Shown: piece by piece, positions 9,941-24,155 of the stretch
How positions within the stretch are numbered: position 1 is the stretch's first letter
Layout: each line of letters starts with the position of its first letter
NCBI GenBank assembly: GCA_049903315.1
Contig: JBNGBT010000003.1
Coordinates: 160,001-224,000 of the forward strand
DNA from: Candidatus Cloacimonadota bacterium
Lineage (GTDB): Bacteria; Cloacimonadota; Cloacimonadia; JGIOTU-2
DNA length: 64,000 nt
Reading direction: 5' to 3'
Made by a program: the position numbers and the translations under genes
Notes under the pieces: model-generated
Seen by the model: the letters and a program-made list of their open reading frames with translations, nothing else
Databases searched by the model: none
What the model was told of the DNA's origin: nothing

Positions 9941-10723
9941 TTATTCATGGTCAGTGCCTTGTATATCAAATCCTCTTTTTCGGAACTGCTCTAATAGCTC
10001 TTCCGGAGAAGGTTGCCATTGCCCTAATTTTCTGCTTATATGCTCGGTCCAGCTATACGTTTCAAAATTAAATGTTTCTTCTCTGTCTTCGGTAAGATCG
10101 ATTTTGGCATTATTCTTTCTGTAGTAGTCCTGAGCCAAGTAGCCATCGTCCATTTTTTTTTTTGCACGTTCAATGTCTTCTTCACTAAGCTCAGGATATT
10201 CGTTCTCGAATAGAGTTAAATCAAGAGGATATCGGGGTCGGGTAGGGGGATCTTCTGCAGGATAACCAACGGTCAAACCTACTAAGGGGAAGACTTTTTG
10301 AGGGAGTTTAAATTGTTCAGCAATTTTTTCTGCATAATAGGGAACAGCGCCTATGTAGCAGGTTCCAAGCCCGAGACTTTCTGCAGCGATGACCATATTT
10401 TGAGCCATATATGTTGCATCCTGCAATCCCCAGATCAGGCAGGAGAGATCATTCATCACGATCTTCCAATTTCTTGTTTCCATTATTTTGCTGATCTTAT
10501 AAACGTCCACACAAATGATAAAATAGAGGGGAGCATGAAAGGGATGTTTCTCTTTTTTTCTTGAGAGAAGCACACTATATGCCTGGTAGGCGAATGCTGC
10601 CTGCTGACCTGCACGTGTGATGATTTCAATAATATCATCAGGCACTTCTTTGTCTTCGTATTTACGGATTGATCTGTGCTGAAGGAGCACATCGATCACT
10701 GTATTATAATTTTTATCCTTCAT
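9941..10723 (-). CDS. Nitroreductase / flavin reductase (NfsA-like)
   Basis: HRSIRKY, AQNMVIAAESLGLGTCYIG, GYP...RPR.P. Confidence 0.85.
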   Translation of the reverse strand: MKDKNYNTVIDVLLQHRSIRKYEDKEVPDDIIEIITRAGQQAAFAYQAYSVLLSRKKEKHPFHAPLYFIICVDVYKISKIMETRNWKIVMNDLSCLIWGLQDATYMAQNMVIAAESLGLGTCYIGAVPYYAEKIAEQFKLPQKVFPLVGLTVGYPAEDPPTRPRYPLDLTLFENEYPELSEEDIERAKKKMDDGYLAQDYYRKNNAKIDLTEDREETFNFETYSWTEHISRKLGQWQPSPEELLEQFRKRGFDIQGTDHE

Positions 10724-10753
10724 ATTTTCTCACATTTTCGATATTTTATCTGC

Positions 10754-11734
10754 TTATTCCTCCCACAACCCGCAGTTCTTGTAATACTGTTCAGCGCCGG
10801 GGTGGAGAGGAAATCCTGTTTCTTCAAACGCATTCTTTGCTTCTATCTGTTCGATTGCTTTTTCGTTGGTTGAAAGAGATTTTGTGTTTGAGAAGAGTGT
10901 TTTTGCAAGTGCAGTCACGACATCAGCAGAAAGGGAGTTGCGCACAAGAAGCACAGTATAATCACCAATTACATGAGTGTCATGGAAAAGGGATTTGTAG
11001 GTGTGTTTTTTCAGTTCATGAGTGGTTGTACCCAATTTGTGACGCATATTTTCACGAAGGTTTTTTGAGCACGGTAGTATGGATATCCGGATTTGATTTT
11101 CAAGATCATTCACAATATCGGCAGGTGATGAACCCATAAATATAAATACGTCAATAGCATTTTCCACAAGATGAATTGCGCCCGTTGTATAGTTGTCAAA
11201 TTCTACTTTACCTCCAAGTGAAGCAATGTCCTCATATGATGTTCCGAGTTGTAAAAGGATATTTTTTGTAATATATTCGCTCACAGTACCCTGCGTCAAT
11301 ACACCCAGTTTAACAGGCAATTTTTTTGTGAAGATATCGTCGAGTGCAAGCAGATCATTATTTTGAGCATACTCGGTGCGGACAATGCAATACAAATACT
11401 GCTTGTATAGATTGCCAATGCATGAGACATTGGTTTGGGCAGTTTCAAAAGGAGAGTATCCCTCAATTGCAGCTTTACCCAGAACCGCTGTGGAAAATCC
11501 AAGATCAATGTCATTATCATTCAGATCAATAACATTCTTCACGCCACCACCGGGGACGGATACTGTTTTTGTAAGTGTGTTTGAATATAATTGTTCGAGC
11601 AGTTTACCGAAGGTGAACCATGTTCCTCCGGAAGGACCAGAGCCAATAACAAGTTCTTCAGGAAATTCAACTTTTGTTTGAGTACAGCTTATTATGAGTG
11701 CAATGCCAACCAGAGTGAGAATAATTTTTTTCAT
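10754..11734 (-). CDS. TAXI-family TRAP solute-binding lipoprotein
   Basis: Lipobox IISC, GSGPSGGTW, GGGVKN, PLHPGAEQYY. Confidence 0.85.
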   Translation of the reverse strand: MKKIILTLVGIALIISCTQTKVEFPEELVIGSGPSGGTWFTFGKLLEQLYSNTLTKTVSVPGGGVKNVIDLNDNDIDLGFSTAVLGKAAIEGYSPFETAQTNVSCIGNLYKQYLYCIVRTEYAQNNDLLALDDIFTKKLPVKLGVLTQGTVSEYITKNILLQLGTSYEDIASLGGKVEFDNYTTGAIHLVENAIDVFIFMGSSPADIVNDLENQIRISILPCSKNLRENMRHKLGTTTHELKKHTYKSLFHDTHVIGDYTVLLVRNSLSADVVTALAKTLFSNTKSLSTNEKAIEQIEAKNAFEETGFPLHPGAEQYYKNCGLWEE

Positions 11735-11842
11735 GCAAAGTTCCTTCATTATTCATTTTTATTTTTTTTCATATTTTGTTAAGTAAAACAAATATTATAA
11801 AATACTGCTATGATCACTAGGAACCCTTGGGGGCATGAAATT

Positions 11843-15953
<4,111 letters not shown>

Positions 15954-15954
<1 letters not shown>

Positions 15955-17246
15955 TATTCACCTCCCTTAGTTCCAAGTGCCATTGAAACGATTTTTGTCA
16001 TATGTGTTTCCGGACCATACACTTCTGTCGGAATACCGATTCTTTTACCCATATCTTTCATGTTTTTAAGACCTTCTTTATAATTTGGTCCACCTCTTCT
16101 CACATAGATTTTTACATTGGTGTCTTTTAGTTTGTCTTTATATTCTTCGATTGCCTGGATAATTCCAGTAAATGTTTTTGCAATATCAGTAAAGTTAGCA
16201 ATGCCACCACCAATGATCAAAAACTTAGGACGTCCCTGAGGATCCTTTTTTCGAGTCATCAGATCAAGAACTGTTTTTGTGTATCCGTAAGTGAGTTCTG
16301 TGGATGGATTTCCACTATATTCTCCATAATTTGCAAGTTCATTTGTAAATCCGAGATCTACTACTGTATCAGCATAAATTACAGATGCTCCACCACCGGC
16401 CACCAGGTTCCAAATTCTTCCTTCAGGATTTAGAACTGTAAGTTTCAGCGATGCGCCTGTTCTTTCATCAAGTTCATCTACTTTCTCTTCTTCAGGAGAT
16501 TTTTCAAGGCCAAATGGGCTTGGGAATTTTAGATCTCCCCACATTTCTGCGCATTGGAATGATGCATAATCATCAATTTTTGCTACAGCATCCAGTGCTA
16601 CAGGTGTTCCGTTCACAAACGTGAAGGGATTCAATTCCAGATAAACAAAATGATACTCAACTACCATTTTATAAAGAGCTTTAATAAACTCAGCAATGAT
16701 ATCGGATTTTTTCCCAAGCTCTTTTGGTAAAAAATCTTTCACGTCAAGCTCATCAATTTCTGCAAATAATGGGACATCCATTGTTACTACAGAATCCCAA
16801 ACCTCTTCTATATTAACACCACCTTTTGTTGAGAAGTGAATTGTGTCACTCTCTCTTTTGGTGGTAATTGCTATGTAATATTCATCATCATGAGGGACGA
16901 ACTTTTCTACGAGAAAGTAATTTAATTCCCCTGTTGTTGTACCTGTTGTTTGAGTTATAGTAACAGTTTTATTCATACGTTCATTTATCCAGTCCTTTAC
17001 GTCAGACCAGGATTTATTCACAAATAAAAGATTGTTCAATCCTCTTTTTCCAAATAGCTGATCCGGCTTTACAACCAGTTTTTCGTCTTTTAGCCAGGAA
17101 TTTTCTTCCTCTAATTTTTTCAGATCAGTATTTGCTCCGATCAAAACCTGTTTCGTATCAAATTTGATCTTTCCATCAGAAAATTTTGGTAACGCCTGAG
17201 ACATCATTCTTTTAGCGTCATATTCTCGAATACCTTTTTGTGCCAT
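15954..17246 (-). CDS. aclB: ATP citrate lyase subunit beta
   Basis: MAQKGIREYDAK, VVKPDQLFGKRG, ASLKLTVLNP, VAGGGASV, ANYGEYSG, GGGIANFT, VRRGGPNY. Confidence 0.93.
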
Positions 17247-17273
17247 ATTATATCCTCTCTATAATTGCCTATT

Positions 17274-19235
17274 TTATTCTTTAATGTTAGTCTGCTTTTT
17301 TTTTATTAATGCAAGGGTTCCACCTGCAAGCAGAATTTCTTTTTGTCGATCAGACAGATCATACGTTGTTTCAAACTCTGTTCCTTTTGATACGTTCTTA
17401 ACAATTATGTTCTTACCTTCTCGTAATGTTTCTTTTATATTTGGAATTTCAAGTTCATCCGCTTGTTCTATTTCATTGTAATCATCTTCATTTTTGAAAT
17501 TTAACGGAAGTATGCCAAAATTGATGAGGTTTGCATTGTGAATTCTTTCCATAGACTTTGCAATAACAGCTTTCACTCCCATATACATCGGGCAAAGTGC
17601 GGCATGTTCACGGCTGCTTCCCTGACCATATGAAAGTCCTGCAACAATAATATTATCTTTTCCGTTTTCTTTGATTTCTTGTGCGCGATCATGAAATGTA
17701 GGATCAACTACTTCAAACAAAAATTCAGAATATTTTGGGATGTTTGATCGATACTTCATTTTCGACCCGGCAGGTATTATGTGATCTGTTGTGATCAGGT
17801 CTCCTACTTTCAAAGTTACAACACCGGATATTTTATCTTTAAGTGGTTCTGCTGCTGGAGGATCGCCAATATTTGGGCCACGATAAATCCCCATCTCTCC
17901 CTTAATTGATTCAGGGAAAATGAACATGGAGTCATCAATATAAAATTTGTCCGGCATTTTAATTCTAGGATATTCAATTTCTATTTTCTCAAGATCTCTC
18001 GGGTCTGTAAATTTGCCTGTAATTACAGCGGCTGCTGCAGTTTCAGGACTCACCAGATATACATCTGCAGATTTTGTTCCTGATCTTCCAAAGAAGTTTC
18101 TGTTACTTGTTCTAAGTGATACTGCGCCTGTTTTAGGAGATTGACTGTTACCAATACAGAAACCACACGCAGATTCTGCGATTCTTGCGCCTGCCGAAAC
18201 AATGCTTTCAAAACCACCATCATGTATGATATTTTCAATTACCTGTTTTGAACCGGGTGCTACTACAAAGCTTGTATCTTTACTTAGTTTTTGATCCTTT
18301 AAGATATTTGCTACAGTCATCATATCTTTGTAAGAAGAATTAGTACAACTTCCTATACAGACTTGATCAACATTAATCTCACCGATATCTTTTACAGTGC
18401 TGATATTTCCGGGACTATGTGGAGTTGCTGCCATTGGAACAAGCTCGGAAAGATCTATATCAACAACTTTATCATATTCTGCATCATCATCAGCGACTAG
18501 TTCCAGCCAGTCATCTTCACGGTCTTGGGCTTTTAAGAATTCTTTTGTGACTTCATCACTCGGGAAAATTGATGTTGTTACTCCGCATTCAGCCCCCATG
18601 TTTGTGATCGTCGCTCTTTCGGGAACGGATAGTGTGCTTACTCCAGGTCCACCATATTCAAATATACAACCCACATTTCCTTTAGTTGTAAATATTTCAA
18701 GAACTTTTAGTATTATATCTTTTGCTGCAATCCAAGGATTTAGTTTTCCCATTAAATTTATTTTTATAATCTTTGGATAAGTTATATAGAATGGACCGCC
18801 AGCCATTGCCACTGCCACATCAAGACCTCCGGCACCGATTGCCATCATTCCGATCCCACCTCCGGTCGGAGTATGCGAATCTGAACCAAGAAGAGTTTTG
18901 CCAGGTTTGCCAAATCTTTCAAGCTGAACCTGGTGGCAGATTCCGTTCCCAGCCCTGGAATAAACGATTCCATATTTTGCTGCAACAGATTGAAGGTATT
19001 TATGATCATCTGCATTTTCAAAACCGATTTGAACAGTGTTATGATCAACATAACTTACAGAAAGATCGGTTTTCACTTTTGGAACACCCATCGCTTCAAA
19101 TTGCAAATAAGCCATAGTACCGGTAGCATCTTGTGTAAGTGTTTGATCGATCCTGATACCTATTTCAGTACCTTTTTCTGGCTTTCCTTCGATAATGTGA
19201 TTTGATAAGATTTTTTCTACTATGTTTTTTCCCAT
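17274..19235 (-). CDS. acn: Aconitate hydratase
   Basis: TQDATGT, DH, GSDSHT, IGSCTN, CGFCIG Fe-S Cys, NRNF.GR, TTDHI, GSSREHAA. Confidence 0.92.
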   Translation of the reverse strand: MGKNIVEKILSNHIIEGKPEKGTEIGIRIDQTLTQDATGTMAYLQFEAMGVPKVKTDLSVSYVDHNTVQIGFENADDHKYLQSVAAKYGIVYSRAGNGICHQVQLERFGKPGKTLLGSDSHTPTGGGIGMMAIGAGGLDVAVAMAGGPFYITYPKIIKINLMGKLNPWIAAKDIILKVLEIFTTKGNVGCIFEYGGPGVSTLSVPERATITNMGAECGVTTSIFPSDEVTKEFLKAQDREDDWLELVADDDAEYDKVVDIDLSELVPMAATPHSPGNISTVKDIGEINVDQVCIGSCTNSSYKDMMTVANILKDQKLSKDTSFVVAPGSKQVIENIIHDGGFESIVSAGARIAESACGFCIGNSQSPKTGAVSLRTSNRNFFGRSGTKSADVYLVSPETAAAAVITGKFTDPRDLEKIEIEYPRIKMPDKFYIDDSMFIFPESIKGEMGIYRGPNIGDPPAAEPLKDKISGVVTLKVGDLITTDHIIPAGSKMKYRSNIPKYSEFLFEVVDPTFHDRAQEIKENGKDNIIVAGLSYGQGSSREHAALCPMYMGVKAVIAKSMERIHNANLINFGILPLNFKNEDDYNEIEQADELEIPNIKETLREGKNIIVKNVSKGTEFETTYDLSDRQKEILLAGGTLALIKKKQTNIKE

Positions 19236-19275
19236 ACAAAAACCCCTTTGGGGAGTAAATTTTTAATTAGTTATT

Positions 19276-19431
19276 TTATAATTTCACTTTAATGTAATAG
19301 TTTGATTGAATGTAGTTTCGTTTAGCATCTATTATATTGCAGACCATAAAAAGTCTATGTGTATTATTTTCCATAGTTTTTCGGGCTGATGTTGAATCAA
19401 CCACTACAGTTAATAATTCTGTTTCTATCAT
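19276..19431 (-). CDS. Putative 51-aa small ORF upstream of aconitase (below ORF-track cutoff)
   Basis: MIETELLTVVVDSTSARKTMENNTHRLFMVCNIIDAKRNYIQSNYYIKVKL*; GGAG SD about 7 nt upstream; TTGACA 50 nt upstream. Confidence 0.4.
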   Translation of the reverse strand: MIETELLTVVVDSTSARKTMENNTHRLFMVCNIIDAKRNYIQSNYYIKVKL

Positions 19432-19510
19432 TTATATCTCCGCAATAATAATAGCGCTAAAACTTGGTCACAAAATTTAGTGTCAATAATTTTATGTGTA
19501 CTTATCTAAT

Positions 19511-20182
19511 TTATTGTTTTTTATTAATTTTTACAACATTTCGTAAAATATACACAAATATAAAAATTCCGATTGCATTCCCGAGCACCATCGGCAGTAT
19601 GATCTCTTTCACAAGCGCAATAGAATTTGCATAAGGTTTTGAGAGGAGCAGTATGAGGATCATATGGAAAAGCTCAAGGCATACAACAACTGTTATTGCC
19701 ATCCAGTAGGACAGGGATTTTTTAAAGGATTTAGAAACAAACCCCGCGATAACTCCTGCGAGAAGAGTTGCAAGAGAGCAGGGAAGTTGAGTAAAACCCC
19801 CTAAAAGAAAACGGTGCAATCCAGCCAGGAATCCTGTGATAATGCCAATGATAGGTCCACCGATAAAGCCCGCAATAAAGGGAGCTGTATCGCGGATATT
19901 CGATATTGCTCCAACAACCGGAATCCCTAGAGTCGTGCCATAGATGCCAATAATTACAAAGAGGATTATTGTTCTTGCCGAATCCCAGGCAGTTGCTTTT
20001 TCTAAAAATACATTTTTAAAGGTTTCACTTTTACTGAAGAGGAAGAATATAAACATTACAAGCAGACTTTCCTGTAGTAGACTATACACAGATTTCAGGA
20101 TCGCTACGCTTTTTACTGGCGCAGCATTGAGCGTCGTCGCGCACATAATGAGCAAGAATAAAACAAAGATTAGTTTTCTCAT
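19511..20182 (-). CDS. Stand-alone LytS/YhcK 5TM receptor domain protein
   Basis: GIYGT..G, SNIRD, GGP..G, HRFLLGGFT..PC, PMVLGN; no cytoplasmic output domain. Confidence 0.85.
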   Translation of the reverse strand: MRKLIFVLFLLIMCATTLNAAPVKSVAILKSVYSLLQESLLVMFIFFLFSKSETFKNVFLEKATAWDSARTIILFVIIGIYGTTLGIPVVGAISNIRDTAPFIAGFIGGPIIGIITGFLAGLHRFLLGGFTQLPCSLATLLAGVIAGFVSKSFKKSLSYWMAITVVVCLELFHMILILLLSKPYANSIALVKEIILPMVLGNAIGIFIFVYILRNVVKINKKQ

Positions 20183-20193
20183 TTCGGACCTTT

Positions 20194-21402
20194 CTATTTG
20201 CTGTTTATTGAATGATTTTCTTCATAGAATGTTAGATTTGATGTCCACTCATAAGACCCATCCATTTCTTCTATTTTCCAGAAATCGTAGTTGCCGAATT
20301 TTCTATCTCCGGCTTTGTTCAGCGCAGTCCAGCCGGTGCATCCATAATATGAATTTGCAGTGTGTATAAAGGCATTTGCGAGTTCTTTAGGCTTACCTTC
20401 TTTTGCTACAATATTGGATAATGCAGCCAGCCAGCATGCATCATAAGCTGCTAACACATAGGATGAGGGTGTTTCATTATATTTGTTTGTGATTTGCAGA
20501 TCAATAAAATGCGCTTTCTCAGTCTTATCAGGACTATACATCGGGCAGAGAAAATCTACAGCGATAGTTGCCTGAACTGCGATTGGGTTTTTTACAATCA
20601 AATCGTTTATGGCTGTTCCATCGCTTCCAAACCATCGCACACTCATAAGATTTGGATAATATGAAAGTGCTGTAAAAACAGGAACTGCTTCATCAAAAGC
20701 AAGGAAATATATACATAGTTCATTTGGCGAGTATGTTTTTAATGAATTTTTGACCAGATCGTCCAGCCGGCTTAAGTATTTATCAAAATTTACAGAAAGA
20801 GGATCAAAAGCAATACCTTCCACAAACTGAATCGGAGAAGTGCCGAGATATTCATCCATTGCATTAATGAGTCCCCTACCCCATGCATCATCCCGCCAAA
20901 ATGGGAGCACTGCCTTATACTCCATGTTCTTCATATATGTTGCTATTGCAATTGCCTGGTGATTATCATCAGGAATCAAGCGGAAGATAAAATCATTTTC
21001 AACTGCAAGGTCTGGAGCTGTGCTCTCTGTACTGATGACGATCATATCGTTCTCGTCCACAAAGGGTTTGATGGCGGAGAGTTCCGAACTTGCCTGAACA
21101 CCGATTATTGTTTTTATCCCTTTTGAATGCATCAACTTTGCCTTGCGCAATGCAACTATTGGATCTGTTTGAGTATCTTGAAATTCAATATGAAAGGAAT
21201 AGGATTTTCCTATGCAAGTTAGATAAGAGTTGATGTCCTTTTCGGCAATTTCGCATCCTACCTGTGCCGATTTTCCGAAGGAAGCAAGGTCTCCCGAGAG
21301 TGACAGAAACGCTGCGATAGTAATATCTTTTTCAGTAGAACATCCTGCAATAATAAGCAGGACTAAAATAAAGCTTAACGCAAAAAAAGTAATTTTTTTC
21401 AT
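20194..21402 (-). CDS. LivJ-type (branched-chain amino acid class) solute-binding lipoprotein
   Basis: Lipobox IAGC, SLSGDLASFG, DTQTDP, STAPDL, FRLIPDD, AYDA, G.TG..GDR. Confidence 0.85.
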   Translation of the reverse strand: MKKITFFALSFILVLLIIAGCSTEKDITIAAFLSLSGDLASFGKSAQVGCEIAEKDINSYLTCIGKSYSFHIEFQDTQTDPIVALRKAKLMHSKGIKTIIGVQASSELSAIKPFVDENDMIVISTESTAPDLAVENDFIFRLIPDDNHQAIAIATYMKNMEYKAVLPFWRDDAWGRGLINAMDEYLGTSPIQFVEGIAFDPLSVNFDKYLSRLDDLVKNSLKTYSPNELCIYFLAFDEAVPVFTALSYYPNLMSVRWFGSDGTAINDLIVKNPIAVQATIAVDFLCPMYSPDKTEKAHFIDLQITNKYNETPSSYVLAAYDACWLAALSNIVAKEGKPKELANAFIHTANSYYGCTGWTALNKAGDRKFGNYDFWKIEEMDGSYEWTSNLTFYEENHSINSK

Positions 21403-21424
21403 ATTAGTCCTTTCAATGATTTGA

Positions 21425-21757
21425 TTATTTTAGTTCCTCAATCGCCTCATCGATTGTATTAAAGATCGGAAAATCAGAATGGAAGTCAACAAGTTCAAGT
21501 ATATGAAGAATATCATCATTCACTCTGCAGAGCGCGATTACACCATTGCTGTTCAGTTCGCGAAGAGCATAGTAAAAGGCACGGATACCCGAACTGCTTA
21601 TATACTCAAGTTTTGAGCAATCAACAAGGATAGTATACTCTCCGTTAAGTATGTGTTTTATCAGAGTGTCTTGAAAATCCTTTGATGTGAATGAATCGAT
21701 TTTTCCGTCAACACTGATGATGCGTATATTCTTTTCCTTATTTGTCGTGATATGCAT
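21425..21757 (-). CDS. STAS-domain anti-sigma factor antagonist
   Basis: GKIDS, VDCSKLEYISSSGIR; GAGGAG SD before ATG 21757. Confidence 0.88.
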   Translation of the reverse strand: MHITTNKEKNIRIISVDGKIDSFTSKDFQDTLIKHILNGEYTILVDCSKLEYISSSGIRAFYYALRELNSNGVIALCRVNDDILHILELVDFHSDFPIFNTIDEAIEELK

Positions 21758-21761
21758 AAAA

Positions 21762-23834
21762 TTACTCCTCTCTATTATTGGCGAAATACTGGATAGCAAG
21801 CATTGTGATATCATCGGACTGTGGTGTCCCTTCGGCAAATTTATGAACCTCTTTTATTATCATTTTTAGAATTTCATTGGGTGCTGCATGAGATTGTGTT
21901 CGTAAAGTTTTTTCTAATTTATTTTCCCCAAACAGTTCATCCTTTGTATTTGCTGCTTCGGTAATGCCGTCTGTGTACAGGAATATACTTTGATGGTCTG
22001 ACAATGTCAGGTTTTCTGAAGTATATTCAACCTTTCTCCTTAGTCCAAGTGGTGTTTTATGAGGAAGTTCAATCAATTCTATTTGATCTTCTTTGAGCAA
22101 ATATGGAAGATTGTGTCCTGCACTCGTGAGTGAAATATGGCCATTTTTCACGTTAAGAATCCCAAGTAGAAGCGTGACAAACATGCAATGCTCATTATCC
22201 CTGTAGAGTTCTGTGTTCACTTCAGATATTATTTCAGAAGGAGACGGGATGCCGGATTGTTCCCTTTTGAGCAACATGCTGGTGGCACGTATCAGACTTT
22301 TACTTCGAGCCATGAAAAGAGCTGCAGGCACTCCTTTGTCTGATACATCTCCTATCAAAAAGCATAAGTGATCATCGTCGATAAAGAAGAAATCATAGAG
22401 ATCACCACCAACTTCTTTTGCAGGTTCGAGTAGTGCGTAAATATCAATCTCATTTCTGTCCGGAAAAGCGGGAAAGGCCTGAGGTAGCATGCTCATCTGA
22501 ATTTCATGAGCTATGCGGAGTTCGCTTCGGATTTTCTCGTTAGCCGCAGTGGTGAGTTTGAGATCGGTAATATATTGCTGCAGAGTTCTTTCCATGTTGA
22601 TAAAAGTTCCTGCAAGATGTCCCATTTCATCATGGGAGCTTCTCGTGAGATGAGTTAACTCGGCGGAATCAGTTATACCAAAATTGTTTTCCGTAAGTTG
22701 CCGTGCGTGTGCAGTAAGGGTTTTCACCGGTTTTGTGAAACGGTGAACTATAAAGAAAGTAACCATACTTGCTATAAGTAAAGCGGCTAATGTAATAAGG
22801 AGTTCTCTGTGAAAGATACGTCGCGAAGGCTCCTTCATTTCATCGATATAGAATGCAGATGCGATATACCAATAAAGTGGTTCAAAATAATCTACATATG
22901 CGATTTTTTTGAATTTTTCAGTTCCTTCGTACCCGGGTTTATTCCACAAATATATGTAGGGTTTATCCGGATTTTTTGATGCTTTAACAAGATGTTCCCA
23001 GTGGTCAATTCCCATTCCTGGCTCATCCACATCTGCAAAATCAACCCCTTCCATTGTAGGATGGACAAGAACGATATGGTTCTTATTAAAAATGAAAAAA
23101 TAACCATTCTCACCGATACGGATCTTTGAAAAGGTTTTTCGAAATTCGCTCAGAATTTCTTCAAGTTTGTTTTCAATATCCCTGTCAATATCATCGATAT
23201 AAACTCCCGTTCCGACTATCCAATTCCATGGCTTGAAATAGGAATTGTAGGATAGTTTTTCAACTGGTTTTGTTTCATCGAGACGGATATACCAAAAAGA
23301 CTCAAAACAACTCCCTGTTTTATACACATTATCCTTGATCATCTTAAGCGGATAGTTACCTTTCATATCCTGGTATTCTGTCATATTAGTGCCTTTAATA
23401 TTTGGATCGGGATGTGAAATTGCGACAAGATCTGTATTATAAATGTAAAAATAATCATTATTCCCATAGCGGAAATTTTCAACACTTCCCAAAGCAAATG
23501 CCTTTGCATCCTGCTCAGAAAGTATCCCCTTTTTATAAAGATTGTGGTAATATTCTATGTCTGAAATAACAAGCCCGGTGACGTTCTTGAGTTGCTCTTT
23601 GTATCGGTTTAAGGCATACTCTTTATGAAAAAGCAAGCTGCGATATTCATTTTCAACATACAATTTGATGAGCTTCCGCATATCATGAACTGAACCAGTA
23701 ATAGTATTCCACATGATTTTCTCGACTTCATACTGAGTGAGAAGCATAAATGCAACTGTTGTGCAAACAAGTATGACAAGAATGAGAAGGAGCATCTTTG
23801 TGGTAAAAGAAAGGGAGTGCAATGATATTTTCAT
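21762..23834 (-). CDS. Cache-HAMP-SpoIIE/PP2C membrane phosphatase
   Basis: Tandem sCache_2-like units (YFYI..HP..D.KG, PWNWIVGTGVY), HAMP (DEMGHLA..F), VGGDLYDF, GDVSDKG, YTDG, DDIT. Confidence 0.9.
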   Translation of the reverse strand: MKISLHSLSFTTKMLLLILVILVCTTVAFMLLTQYEVEKIMWNTITGSVHDMRKLIKLYVENEYRSLLFHKEYALNRYKEQLKNVTGLVISDIEYYHNLYKKGILSEQDAKAFALGSVENFRYGNNDYFYIYNTDLVAISHPDPNIKGTNMTEYQDMKGNYPLKMIKDNVYKTGSCFESFWYIRLDETKPVEKLSYNSYFKPWNWIVGTGVYIDDIDRDIENKLEEILSEFRKTFSKIRIGENGYFFIFNKNHIVLVHPTMEGVDFADVDEPGMGIDHWEHLVKASKNPDKPYIYLWNKPGYEGTEKFKKIAYVDYFEPLYWYIASAFYIDEMKEPSRRIFHRELLITLAALLIASMVTFFIVHRFTKPVKTLTAHARQLTENNFGITDSAELTHLTRSSHDEMGHLAGTFINMERTLQQYITDLKLTTAANEKIRSELRIAHEIQMSMLPQAFPAFPDRNEIDIYALLEPAKEVGGDLYDFFFIDDDHLCFLIGDVSDKGVPAALFMARSKSLIRATSMLLKREQSGIPSPSEIISEVNTELYRDNEHCMFVTLLLGILNVKNGHISLTSAGHNLPYLLKEDQIELIELPHKTPLGLRRKVEYTSENLTLSDHQSIFLYTDGITEAANTKDELFGENKLEKTLRTQSHAAPNEILKMIIKEVHKFAEGTPQSDDITMLAIQYFANNREE

Positions 23835-23908
23835 TCTATCTTACAATCCTTATGCCGTTGTTCGATTGATTTCATTCATTAAGCTTTCCTGCTATAAGAA
23901 TGTTGTAG

Positions 23909-23931
23909 TGTCAAGAATAATTTAATTGACA
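23909..23931. promoter_or_regulatory. Back-to-back TTGACA (-35-like) boxes between divergent genes
   Basis: TGTCAA-N11-TTGACA between the start at 23834 (-) and the start at 23970 (+). Confidence 0.5.
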
Positions 23932-23969
23932 GAAATTATTTATTTGTGCAATGCCATGTTAAGGTAACA

Positions 23970-24143
23970 ATGGGCAAAGAAAGAGATGAGCTTATAAGAA
24001 GACTTGGCGGAAAACCAATCAGTGAATTGAATCTTACCGATGAAGACATCGAACGTCTGGCACGAGAGAGCTATAAAAAAAGAGGGGAGATCCCACCCGA
24101 TATACGCCAATTGATAGAAGAATGGATAAAATGGAAGGATTGA
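23970..24143 (+). CDS. Small charged hypothetical protein (57 aa)
   Basis: MGKERDELIRRLGGKPISELNLTDEDIERLARE...; AAGG SD, upstream TTGACA, fills intergenic gap. Confidence 0.6.
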   Translation: MGKERDELIRRLGGKPISELNLTDEDIERLARESYKKRGEIPPDIRQLIEEWIKWKD

Positions 24144-24155
24144 ACGGAGCTTATT

